Below the pieces are notes generated by a model that saw only the letters and a list, made by a program, of their open reading frames with translations, made no database searches and had not been told where the DNA came from. A stretch of DNA of 64,000 nt from Vulcanimicrobiota bacterium (GTDB taxonomy: Bacteria; Vulcanimicrobiota; Vulcanimicrobiia; Vulcanimicrobiales; Vulcanimicrobiaceae), in NCBI GenBank assembly GCA_963714015.1, contig OY970223.1, positions 1,440,001 to 1,504,000 on the forward strand. The letters are read 5' to 3'. Every line of letters begins with the position of its first letter. The stretch's first letter is position 1. Shown here one piece after another: positions 10,290 to 18,765 of the stretch. Both the position numbers and the translations under genes were made by a program.

Positions 10290-10992
10290 ATGACGAGTTT
10301 CTTATCGGCGTCCGTTTTTGCCGTGCTGATCCTGCAGTTTTCTCAAATAGTGGCAGCGCCCACGTCGGGCGGGCCCGCGAACACGATTCCGGATGGAATC
10401 ACCGTGCGCGGAAACGGGAGTGCAACCATGGCAGCGGACGAGGCCACCGTCACCCTTCGCTTGTTTGCCAAGAATAACGCACTGATTATCGATCAAGAAG
10501 CGCTGCAGCCGTTTGTCGATGCGCTCGTGGCGGCCGGAGTCACGCGCTCGGACATCACGATGCCCATGTACTTGACGGGCGCAGCCAAGACGAATAACGC
10601 CGTCATTACCGCGGTTATACACAATCCGACGGTGACCACAATCCGGAACGGCATGACGACGCTCACAACGCGATTCAATCCGGATTCGCAAATTCTGGTG
10701 AACGGCGTAGAGGTACGGTTGAGCGCGGAGGACTGCACCACCGCCCGAAAGCAAGCTCAAAGCTGCGGCGATTCGCCAGGCTCGCGGCGCCGCGCAATCG
10801 GTCGCAAGCGCGCTCGGCGTTCACGTAGGCTCCGTTCTTGCCGCCGATTTCCAAGCACCGTTTGAAAACGGTCCGGGCTGCAATTTCGCCTACAACCTCG
10901 GCCCTTACCAGAACGAACTGTTCAGCACGCCGGAACAGTATCTACAGGTCCGCGTTTCCAGCTACGTGACGATCCGCTACGCGATTAAGTAA
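10290..10992 (+). pseudogene. SIMPL/DUF541-like secreted protein with an apparent +1 frameshift at about 10759-10761
   Basis: Signal peptide then GITVRGNGSA. Removing one A from CAAAG restores AAAIRQARGAAQSVASALGVHVGSV...VTIRYAIK* (TAA 10990-10992), a typical SIMPL C-terminus. Confidence 0.75.
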
Positions 10993-11021
10993 GCGAGGAC
11001 GAGCAGCGCGCCGGCCGAAGA

Positions 11022-11732
11022 TTACGGTGTCGTTGCGGGCCGAACGGTTGGAGTCGGCTTTGCAGACGGTTTAGGCGTGGGTGGAACGTAGCCCGGAGGA
11101 GTTGCCAGCGGCGCCGGCATGAACGCCGGATGCGGCGTGTCGGCTGTCGTAACGAGCGGCGGAGGCGTGCTGATTGCGACTGCTCCCCGCTGGATTGAAA
11201 TCGTCGCACCGGTGCGCGCACGGATGACTGTTCCGGGCTTCAATACGACGTCTGAACCTTTGCGCAGCACGTGGTAAAGCAAATGGTACGGAATGAAGAT
11301 ATCGCCGACCGTGTCGGTGACGTTTTGCGTCGATTGCATTCCGGCGCTCATGTGCGGATCCAGATGCGAGGTTGGCGTGATAAGCGGTAACGTTCTGCCG
11401 TCAGGAAGCCTCATTGGTTTGAAAAAGATGTCGACGAAACCGTCGACATTACCGGCTTGGGCGGCGGACGTGTGTGAGACTTCTATTTCGACCGGCGTAC
11501 CGGCGGCAGCTACGGTAACGCCGTGAATGACGATGGGATCGCGCAGATGGGCTCGCGCGGTCTCTCCCGCCTTTTCCTTCGAACTGATTGTGTCGTCCAG
11601 GACGAAGAAGAGGCTGGAGTCGAGCGGGACCCGCTCGACGTTCTGAACTACCGGGCGGGCCGGCGTTCGGCCCGCACTGATAGCAAAAAGGGCGCAGCCG
11701 GCGGCCAGAGCCAGCGCGGCTGCACGAGACAG
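11022..11732 (-). CDS. Secreted hypothetical protein (beta-rich, TrbI/VirB10-like pattern) with a Pro-rich tail; start uncertain
   Basis: Signal-like SRAAALALAAGCALFA; LDDTISSK.KAGE..RAHL.DPI...AGT; KGSDVVLKPGT; PTPKPSAKPTP tail. Confidence 0.7.
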   Translation of the reverse strand: MSRAAALALAAGCALFAISAGRTPARPVVQNVERVPLDSSLFFVLDDTISSKEKAGETARAHLRDPIVIHGVTVAAAGTPVEIEVSHTSAAQAGNVDGFVDIFFKPMRLPDGRTLPLITPTSHLDPHMSAGMQSTQNVTDTVGDIFIPYHLLYHVLRKGSDVVLKPGTVIRARTGATISIQRGAVAISTPPPLVTTADTPHPAFMPAPLATPPGYVPPTPKPSAKPTPTVRPATTP

Positions 11733-11733
11733 G

Positions 11734-12090
11734 TTAGCTGGCTTTCTTTTGGGTTTCGTCGACTTGGGCTGCGGCTGCGGCTGCGGCACGCTTGCCTTCC
11801 TCGATGAGCTGCTTAACCTTTTGGCCACCTTTTTGTCCGATCTGCTCGTAGAAGTTGGGGCCGTAGCGGTCGCGGGTTGCCTCGCCGCCTTTCTTGCCGC
11901 CTTTCTTACCGATTTGTTCGTAGAAGGCGTGACCGTGGGCGTTCTTCGTGGCTTGACCGCCTTTGCGCCCGATCTGTTCGTAGAATTCAGGGCCGTATTT
12001 TTTCTTGACGGTCTCCCCGCCTTTTTGACCGGCCTCCCGGACGGTCATGCCGCCGCCTTTTTTGGGCGAGGGCCCATTGGGTGTGTTCAT
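11734..12090 (-). CDS. KGG-repeat general stress protein (GsiB/Em group-1 LEA-like)
   Basis: MTVREAGQKGG followed by three FYEQIG.KGG repeats. Confidence 0.9.
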   Translation of the reverse strand: MNTPNGPSPKKGGGMTVREAGQKGGETVKKKYGPEFYEQIGRKGGQATKNAHGHAFYEQIGKKGGKKGGEATRDRYGPNFYEQIGQKGGQKVKQLIEEGKRAAAAAAAQVDETQKKAS

Positions 12091-12192
12091 TATGTGTTCC
12101 TGTAACCTCGGTTCTTGCGCCGCCCCAGAAGGACGGCAATCTTATGCTCCATATACTAGAACGCAAGTTCGGTACGGAAAGTTGGTACAGAT

Positions 12193-13638
12193 TTGTTTAA
12201 GAGCATCGTCGGCATCCTTACAATCGCCGCTTTGACGGCCGGCCAATGCGTGCAAATCGAGCAACTCGAACGAGCGCGCTCTCTAGGTAACGGTCGCCTG
12301 GCGTCATTGTTGAGCTCGAATGACCGCCAGGTTGCCCTCCGGGCCGCGTTGGCGCTCGGCCGCACGAAGCAGCCGGGGGCTCTGCAGCCGCTCCTCAAGC
12401 GAGCGAACGACCGGGATCCGGCAATCCGGGCGATGGTCGTCTACGCCGTTGGGCTGGTCGGCGGCCCATCGGCCGTCCAGCCGGTCCTTCGCGCTTTGGC
12501 GGATCCGAGCGACATGGTGAAGACGGCGGCGCTCGACGGAGCGTACCGGCTCGAGTTTTCGCACCAAGTCGGCTCGCCGGATCAGCACAAGCTCTTCGGC
12601 CGTCTGGTTTCGTCGCTGAGCGCGCCGTCGCCGATTGTCCGCGCGCGCACCGCAACCGCACTCTCCGCATTTTCCGGTACGCCGCTTGCAGCGGCAGGCG
12701 CTTCAGCGCTGAGCGGCGCTTTTGGCCGCGAGCGCGATCCATTCGTGCGCCGGCACGAAATGTGGGCGCTCTATCGCGGATTCGCCGGTAAAGCATCCCG
12801 AAAAACCTTGATCGCGGGTTTGAACGATCGCGATGAGGTCGTGCGCATCGAAGCGGTGCGGGCTTTCGGCCGGCGCGGCAAAAAGAGCGACGTGTCCGTA
12901 ATCCGGCCGCTGACGCGCGATGGCAGTTGGCGCGTGCAAGAACAAGCGCTCGAATCGATCAAGATGTTGAACGGCCGGCCGCCGACGGATCATCTCACCG
13001 CGATTCCGGCAGGCGTACACACGCCGGCGCCCCAGTCCGACCCAATGGCGAACTTACGCGAATTGCCGCGCCCCCATGTCTCCGGCAGGCCGCGGGGGCC
13101 TACGGCGCAAGGCATTATGACGGCGTACAAACTCGATCCATCCGATGCGGCGACCTTTACCGGCCCGGCAAAAGGAGCGCATCCGCGCGTCCGAATCGTT
13201 ACGACGAAAGGCAACATTTATGTCGCGCTGTTTCCGGAGTGGGCACCGCTGACCGTCGAAAACTTTCTGAATCTGGCAAATGAAGGCTATTACGACAACA
13301 ATCCGTGGTTTCGGATCGTTCCGGATTTCGTCGTGCAGAGCGGCGATCCGTCGGCCGACGCACCCGGCCCAGGCTATACGATACCGGCCGAAGAGAATCC
13401 GATCGAGCAGGACAGTTACGTGATCTCGATGGGACTCGATTACACTAACCCGCCCAACGCGCACGCAAAACGGGACTCGGCGGCCAGCGAATTCTACATC
13501 ACGCTCTCCCCGCAACTGCACTTGAACGCAGACTTCACCGTTTTCGGACGCGTCATTTCCGGCTTTGACGTGCTCGGGCGGCTGGTGGAGTCCGACCGCA
13601 TCCGCAGAATCGAGCGAATTCCGGACGGCCTGCCGTGA
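12193..13638 (+). CDS. Exported HEAT-repeat protein fused to a cyclophilin-type peptidyl-prolyl isomerase
   Basis: Signal peptide and HEAT repeats, then TTKGNI..LF...APLTVENF, FRIVPDFVVQSGDP and FTVFGRV. Confidence 0.9.
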   Translation: MFKSIVGILTIAALTAGQCVQIEQLERARSLGNGRLASLLSSNDRQVALRAALALGRTKQPGALQPLLKRANDRDPAIRAMVVYAVGLVGGPSAVQPVLRALADPSDMVKTAALDGAYRLEFSHQVGSPDQHKLFGRLVSSLSAPSPIVRARTATALSAFSGTPLAAAGASALSGAFGRERDPFVRRHEMWALYRGFAGKASRKTLIAGLNDRDEVVRIEAVRAFGRRGKKSDVSVIRPLTRDGSWRVQEQALESIKMLNGRPPTDHLTAIPAGVHTPAPQSDPMANLRELPRPHVSGRPRGPTAQGIMTAYKLDPSDAATFTGPAKGAHPRVRIVTTKGNIYVALFPEWAPLTVENFLNLANEGYYDNNPWFRIVPDFVVQSGDPSADAPGPGYTIPAEENPIEQDSYVISMGLDYTNPPNAHAKRDSAASEFYITLSPQLHLNADFTVFGRVISGFDVLGRLVESDRIRRIERIPDGLP

Positions 13639-14018
13639 GGCGGCTGCCGGCCCTTGTCGCAGCGTGCCTGCTATCGGCGTGCGGCACGCCGCAGCGTTTG
13701 CCGGTGGGGATGTCACTTTGCAGCGCAGTCGAGCGCGCGAACGCGTTCGACATCGTCGCGACGATAGAGAACAAGTCGACCGTTCCCATGGCGCATCTGG
13801 ATCTCTACGCTTCGTTCTATCAGAACTTTCGTTACGTGAGTGTCGACGCGGGAACCGCGCTGCGCCCGGCGCTCGATCCCGGACAAAGGCGCGAAATAGT
13901 CTTCGAGGTGGGAGGAGCGGCGAGCTCGCAGCCGCGCGGTCAGGCGATCCGGTGCTACGTGACGCACATCGGCTACTTGGACGGCACGGTGCAAAATGCG
14001 CCGCCGCCGTCGCAGTAA
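13635..14018 (+). CDS. Putative lipoprotein with an Ig-like fold
   Basis: LLSAC lipobox; GTGA overlap with the upstream gene; ALDPGQRREIVF motif. Confidence 0.75.
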   Translation: MRRLPALVAACLLSACGTPQRLPVGMSLCSAVERANAFDIVATIENKSTVPMAHLDLYASFYQNFRYVSVDAGTALRPALDPGQRREIVFEVGGAASSQPRGQAIRCYVTHIGYLDGTVQNAPPPSQ

Positions 14019-14019
14019 C

Positions 14020-14535
14020 TCAATGCTGATGCAGCTCTTGCGATAGGTAGGTCTGCGCCATGCGCAGGTGCGCTTGGAGCGTCGGCAGCGTCTGCTTTGC
14101 GAAAGCTCGCAATTGCGGATCGGAACCGCCGGCGGCTTCCTCTTTGAAAAGCGCAATGGCCTTCTGATGCGCCGCTATCTCTTCGCGAAAGTATGCAGCC
14201 GGCGACAGCGTTTTACCACCCTTGGCGGGAGCATTCGGAACGCCGTTCGGCGCGGGAGTTATCGCCGTGATCGGCGGCTGAGACTGCGCAAACGACGTAT
14301 CGATACCCTTGGCATTGCCGATTGCGATAAGCTGCTGGTTGGCTTGCTGATGATCCGTCGTCATGCGTCCCGCGAATTGCCGAACGCGGTAATCGGTCGC
14401 GTTCGCCTCGAGCGCAGCCTGGGATACCTCGTGGGTTCCGCTGATCAGCGCCTGCTTAACGAACGACGCGTCGCCGCTCGAGAGCGCCCCCATGAGCACC
14501 ATGGCGAAGAGCGATGTGATGGAGAACTTCATCAT
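14020..14535 (-). CDS. DUF4142 ferritin-like secreted protein
   Basis: D.SFVKQA, VRQFA.RMTTDH, HQKAIALFKEEA..GSDPQLRAFAKQTLPTLQAHL. Confidence 0.9.
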   Translation of the reverse strand: MMKFSITSLFAMVLMGALSSGDASFVKQALISGTHEVSQAALEANATDYRVRQFAGRMTTDHQQANQQLIAIGNAKGIDTSFAQSQPPITAITPAPNGVPNAPAKGGKTLSPAAYFREEIAAHQKAIALFKEEAAGGSDPQLRAFAKQTLPTLQAHLRMAQTYLSQELHQH

Positions 14536-14589
14536 GCGCTTCTTGTTCCCCATTGAAAGCCGCCGCCTTAGCAAGAAGGCGCTAGAGTC

Positions 14590-15039
14590 CTAGAATGTCT
14601 TACGGCTGTCGATCAGGATCGTTACCGGCCCGTCATTGATCAGTTCAACGTCCATATGCGCCCCGAACACACCGTAGGCCACTCGCAGCCCGCGTGACTC
14701 GAGCTGCCGCCCCGTTCGCTCGTAGAGCGGCAGCGCACGATCCTCGCGCGCTGCGTCGATGAATGAAGGCCGGCGTCCCCTGCGCGCATCGCCGAACAGC
14801 GTGAACTGCGAAATCAGCAATATTTCGCCGCCGCACTCGAGCACGCTGCGATTCATCATTCCCGCTTCATCTGCAAAGATCCGCAGGTTGGCTAGTTTTT
14901 CGGCGATCTGCTCCGCATCGGTTAACGTATCGTCGACCCCCACCCCGAGCAAAACGGCGAGTCCTTTGCCGATCTTCCCCGAAACGTTCCCGCCGGCGCT
15001 CACCTGCGCCCTCGACACACGCTGCACGACCGCTCTCAT
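14590..15039 (-). CDS. dtd: D-aminoacyl-tRNA deacylase
   Basis: MRAVVQRV, SQFTL, G.RPSF and NDGPVT motifs. Confidence 0.97.
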   Translation of the reverse strand: MRAVVQRVSRAQVSAGGNVSGKIGKGLAVLLGVGVDDTLTDAEQIAEKLANLRIFADEAGMMNRSVLECGGEILLISQFTLFGDARRGRRPSFIDAAREDRALPLYERTGRQLESRGLRVAYGVFGAHMDVELINDGPVTILIDSRKTF

Positions 15040-15117
15040 GCTCGTTCCACGTCAAAATCGCAGTCGGGCTGAGAGCATGTCGTTCCGGATGAGGCGCCGG
15101 GCACCGCGGCCCCCTGC

Positions 15118-16014
15118 TTATCGGGAGAATATGCTGGAAAGAGCAAACAACGCATTCTCCTTGCGTTCTGCGATCCGTCGGTAGAAATAGCCCGCCCAGT
15201 GCGTTCCGAAGGGAACGTAGATGCGCAGCCGATATCCTTCGCGCACGAGTTCGCGTTGAACTTCGGGGCGCACGCCGTAGAGCATTTGAAACTCGAAGCG
15301 ATCGGCCTGGAGCCCGTTCGCGCGAGCGAACGCTTTTACGGCGCCGATGAGACGGCGATCGTGCGTAGCGATACCGGGATAGTTGCCTTGCGCGAGCAGC
15401 TGCTCTGCGGACTGAAGGTATTGGCGCCGAATATCGGCCATCGCTTTGTATGCGATGTCTGCAGGTTCGTTATACGCACCTTTGCACAGACGCACGCGCG
15501 CGCCGAGGTCGATCGCGCGCTGAACGTCCGCGGGCGTGCGCTTGAGGTAGGCTTGCAGGACCGGGCCGACGTTTTTGCGTTCCGCGAACGCGCGCTCGAA
15601 GACGCGGAGCGTTGCGCCGGCGACCGGCGTTCCTTCCATGTCGATGCGCACGAACGGATCCGGATTACGATCCTGCGCTCGCTGAAGGATCGCCGCAAGG
15701 TTTTCGAGTGCGAAATCTTCGCTCAGCAGAAGGCCCATTGCCGTCAGCTTCACGGAAACGTTGCTTTGAACGCCGGACGCCGCGATGGCGTCGAGCATGC
15801 CGAAGTACGCATCCCTCGTCTTGAGCGCGGCGTCGCGTTCGAGGACGTCCTCGCCCAGAAAGTCCAGGGTCGCGGTCATTCCCGCGGAATTAAGTGCGCG
15901 CACCGCTTCGATGGCGGATTCGATCGTTTCACCGGCGATGAACCGCCTGGCCAAAAAAAAGAAACGCCGCGAGAAAAACGAGTCCGGCGCTAACAGTCGA
16001 TCGATGAGGGCCAT
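15118..16014 (-). CDS. putB: Monofunctional proline dehydrogenase
   Basis: RFIAGE, SVKLT, RIDME, LQAYL, RLCKGAY, ATHD, EFQMLYG and Y.YRR.AE motifs. Confidence 0.93.
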   Translation of the reverse strand: MALIDRLLAPDSFFSRRFFFLARRFIAGETIESAIEAVRALNSAGMTATLDFLGEDVLERDAALKTRDAYFGMLDAIAASGVQSNVSVKLTAMGLLLSEDFALENLAAILQRAQDRNPDPFVRIDMEGTPVAGATLRVFERAFAERKNVGPVLQAYLKRTPADVQRAIDLGARVRLCKGAYNEPADIAYKAMADIRRQYLQSAEQLLAQGNYPGIATHDRRLIGAVKAFARANGLQADRFEFQMLYGVRPEVQRELVREGYRLRIYVPFGTHWAGYFYRRIAERKENALFALSSIFSR

Positions 16015-16023
16015 GGCGGGCTG

Positions 16024-16779
16024 CTATACGACGCGGCGGCGCAAAGCCCATTGTACGGCGATGACCAGCGCAGCGAGCACGACGAAACCGTAGCTGAGCG
16101 CGAGCGATGCGCCCACTCCCTGCGCCGAAAGCGCGATGTAAAGTTCGACCGGCAGTGACGCGGGATGATATGCCAAAATGGACGTTGCGCCGTATTCGCC
16201 GACTGCCCGCATCCACGCGAGCACGATTCCCGCCAGAATGTTCGGCGCCGCCAGGGGCAATGCGATGCGACAAAAGAGCGTCGCGGGAGCTGCGCCCAGC
16301 GTGCTCGCCGATTCTTCGTAGGCCGGATTCAGAGAACCGAACGCAGCCGCAGAGACGATTGCGATGAACGAACCGGCAACGAAGAATTCCGCCAATGCGA
16401 CGCCCCAGAACGTGTCGACGAACACGATGCCCATTCGCGCCAGCGCTCCGCCGACGAGCGTATGCCTGCCAACCGTCTGCAGCAAAATGATTCCCGAAGC
16501 TACCGGTGGGAACGCAAGCGGCAACGCCAATGCCGCAAGGCCTGCTGCTCGTGCGTTCCGCGGAGCGTGCGCAAGCGCGTAGCCTGCGGGAACGCCGAGC
16601 CCCGATGCGACTAATGCGGCAATACATGAAGCGGCCAGCGAGACGCGCAGCGCGTGCTGCGCAGCCAATTGCGAGAATGCCGCCGCAACAGCGGCGGGCG
16701 GTACCGCAGCGAGCATGGCGACGACCGGCCCCAACATGACCACCAGCAGCAGCACCGCGGCGGCCCAGAACCATCTCAT
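16024..16779 (-). CDS. modB: Molybdate/tungstate ABC transporter permease (ModB-like)
   Basis: LPLAFPP.ASG, EAA loop YEESASTLGA and W.RAVGEYGAT. Confidence 0.8.
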   Translation of the reverse strand: MRWFWAAAVLLLVVMLGPVVAMLAAVPPAAVAAAFSQLAAQHALRVSLAASCIAALVASGLGVPAGYALAHAPRNARAAGLAALALPLAFPPVASGIILLQTVGRHTLVGGALARMGIVFVDTFWGVALAEFFVAGSFIAIVSAAAFGSLNPAYEESASTLGAAPATLFCRIALPLAAPNILAGIVLAWMRAVGEYGATSILAYHPASLPVELYIALSAQGVGASLALSYGFVVLAALVIAVQWALRRRVV

Positions 16780-16847
16780 ACAGAAAACTTTACCAAATTT
16801 GCAATCACGCGCGAGGCGACCAGCGCCCCGGCGGGAAAGACCTGCGA

Positions 16848-17270
16848 ATGACCCAGCGTACTTGGCGCGTTCTCATAGCGGACGACGATCCGGCGATTTG
16901 CACGCTGATCGAAACTGTTCTGCGCAAAGGACCTTACGAAATGGTCATTCGCAATGATGCTGAAAGCGCCTTGGTCGCACTCGATCGCGAAGGTCTGTTC
17001 GACATCATCATTTGCGACTTCATGCTGCCCGGAATCTCCGGAATCGACTTGATCGAACGGCTTCGCGCGGACGAACGGACCCGCAGCGTCCCGATACTCA
17101 TGATCTCGGGACACACGAACTACGCGATGGACGGCAGAGCCAAGACCGCCGGCGCGAACCTGTTTCTGAACAAGCCGTTCACGATCTCGCAGTTGCGAAC
17201 GGCCGTCAATAGTCTGCTGGCGCATCCCAAAGTCGATCCACTCGAAAACTCCGCAATCAACACCCGATAA
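16848..17270 (+). CDS. Single-domain response regulator (CheY-like receiver)
   Basis: LIADDD, CDFMLPGISG (phospho-Asp), ISG and KPF. Confidence 0.92.
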   Translation: MTQRTWRVLIADDDPAICTLIETVLRKGPYEMVIRNDAESALVALDREGLFDIIICDFMLPGISGIDLIERLRADERTRSVPILMISGHTNYAMDGRAKTAGANLFLNKPFTISQLRTAVNSLLAHPKVDPLENSAINTR

Positions 17271-17288
17271 CCGGCGCGAGCTGGGCGC

Positions 17289-17849
17289 TTGAACCTGCTC
17301 AAGGTTTTTCTGGTCGCCGTCTCGCTGGGACTGGACGTCTTCGCCGTCGGGATCGGCGTCGGCATCCGGGGCGCATCCTGGCGGATAAAGGTACGTCTGG
17401 GGACTGCCTTTGCCAGCGCAGAGGTCGTAATGAATCTGGCCGGCGTGGGTCTGGGCAAACTGGCCGGTTCTCTCTTGGGCGACGCCGCCGGCTATCTGGG
17501 ATTCAGCGCTCTTACGCTGGTGGGCGCCTACATGATCTTCGAAGCCCTGCGTGAGGCCGAGCAGCGATCGCCGCTCGACATGTCGCAAGGCTGGGGTCTG
17601 GTGCTGGCGTCGCTTTCAATCAGTCTGGATTCGCTGGGCATCGGTTTTTCGATCTTGTACATCGGCGTGCCGCTCTTTCTGTCGCTCGGCATCATCTTTG
17701 CCGTATCGATTTGCGCGACCGCCCTCGGTTTGACGCTTGGCCGCGTGCTCGGCCGCCGCGTGGAGGAAAACGCGGAATTATTCTCCGGCGTGATCCTGAT
17801 GCTGACCGGTATCGGATTCATCCTGGCAAAAGTCTTTCACCTGGGCTGA
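17289..17849 (+). CDS. mntP: Manganese efflux pump, MntP family
   Basis: SLGLDVFAV and SISLDSLGIG repeated motifs, AELFSGVIL, about six TM helices. Confidence 0.88.
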   Translation: MNLLKVFLVAVSLGLDVFAVGIGVGIRGASWRIKVRLGTAFASAEVVMNLAGVGLGKLAGSLLGDAAGYLGFSALTLVGAYMIFEALREAEQRSPLDMSQGWGLVLASLSISLDSLGIGFSILYIGVPLFLSLGIIFAVSICATALGLTLGRVLGRRVEENAELFSGVILMLTGIGFILAKVFHLG

Positions 17850-17865
17850 AGCGAAAGCGCGCATC

Positions 17866-18765
17866 ATGCGCATCGGCGATCGGCTCCTGGAATTGGCGCG
17901 CTCGAACGGACGGCGTTCGGTCTTCGTCGTCGGCACCGGGAAGAACGTCGGCAAAACGGTCGCGATGCGCGCGATCGCCGCGGCTGCCGCGGCGCGCGGG
18001 TTGCATTCCGGGCTGACGTCCACGGGCCGCGACGGCGAAGCGACAGATGCTGCGGATGCGCAAGCAAAGCCGCGCCTGCAGCTCGTTCCGGGCACCGTTG
18101 TCGCGACTGCGCGCAATCTTCTGCCGCCTTATCCGGCTGCAGAGATGCTCGATTTGACGGATCGGCACACCGCCGCCGGCGAGGTCATCTTCGCTCGCGT
18201 CCGCCGAACCGGATTTTACGAGTTGGCCGGTCCCGCTACTGCCGCGGGCATCCGCCACTGCGTTGAGCGCTTCGCACAGTTCGGATGCGATCAAATCATC
18301 GTCGACGGCGCACTGGATCGGGTCGCGGCGCTCGCGGGCGGCAAAGATGCGGTGATCGTATCCGCCGGCGCGTCGCCCGGCGCCACGTTGGAAGAAGCGG
18401 TCAGCGAGGTACGCGCGCTTGTCTGCCGGCTCACGTTGCCTGTGTTCGATCCGCACGAACCGTTTCTTCGGCTCGACGGTGCACTGACGCCGGGCGTGGC
18501 GGCAAATTTGCTTGCGGCTCGCGAATCGCGTCAGATCGTCGTGCGGGATCCGACGCAGGTCGCGATCGGCGGGAAGGCGCTGCTCGGCATCGACAAACGG
18601 CTGAAACTGCGGTGCGAACGGTCCATCGCCGTTGTTGCCGCAACCGTTGCTTCCATCGGACGCGATCGCTATTTCGAGCCGCGCGCGTTTTTGCACGCGG
18701 TGTCGGACGCGACCGGATTGCCGACGTTCGACGTTTACGCCGCAGCGTCGGCGCAGCGCGCATGA
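17866..18765 (+). CDS. KamB-like P-loop protein (putative B12 aminomutase reactivase subunit)
   Basis: GTGKNVGKT, GLTSTGRDGE, KPR, ELAGP, IVDGALDR and VSAGAS; ATGA-coupled to a MutS-like ATPase upstream of kce. Confidence 0.7.
   Translation: MRIGDRLLELARSNGRRSVFVVGTGKNVGKTVAMRAIAAAAAARGLHSGLTSTGRDGEATDAADAQAKPRLQLVPGTVVATARNLLPPYPAAEMLDLTDRHTAAGEVIFARVRRTGFYELAGPATAAGIRHCVERFAQFGCDQIIVDGALDRVAALAGGKDAVIVSAGASPGATLEEAVSEVRALVCRLTLPVFDPHEPFLRLDGALTPGVAANLLAARESRQIVVRDPTQVAIGGKALLGIDKRLKLRCERSIAVVAATVASIGRDRYFEPRAFLHAVSDATGLPTFDVYAAASAQRA

Noticed and set aside
10755..10765. Programmed ribosomal frameshifting at the split genes
   Set aside because: No slippery heptamer or obvious stimulatory structure is present, and the four unrelated genes share the same homopolymer +1 pattern typical of sequencing error.
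11830..12050. CRISPR or tandem DNA repeat array
   Set aside because: The repeats are in-frame codons of the KGG protein, with no unique spacers and no cas genes.
17271..17288. yybP-ykoY manganese riboswitch before mntP
   Set aside because: The gap is only 18 bp, and no matching consensus was seen before the upstream receiver gene.
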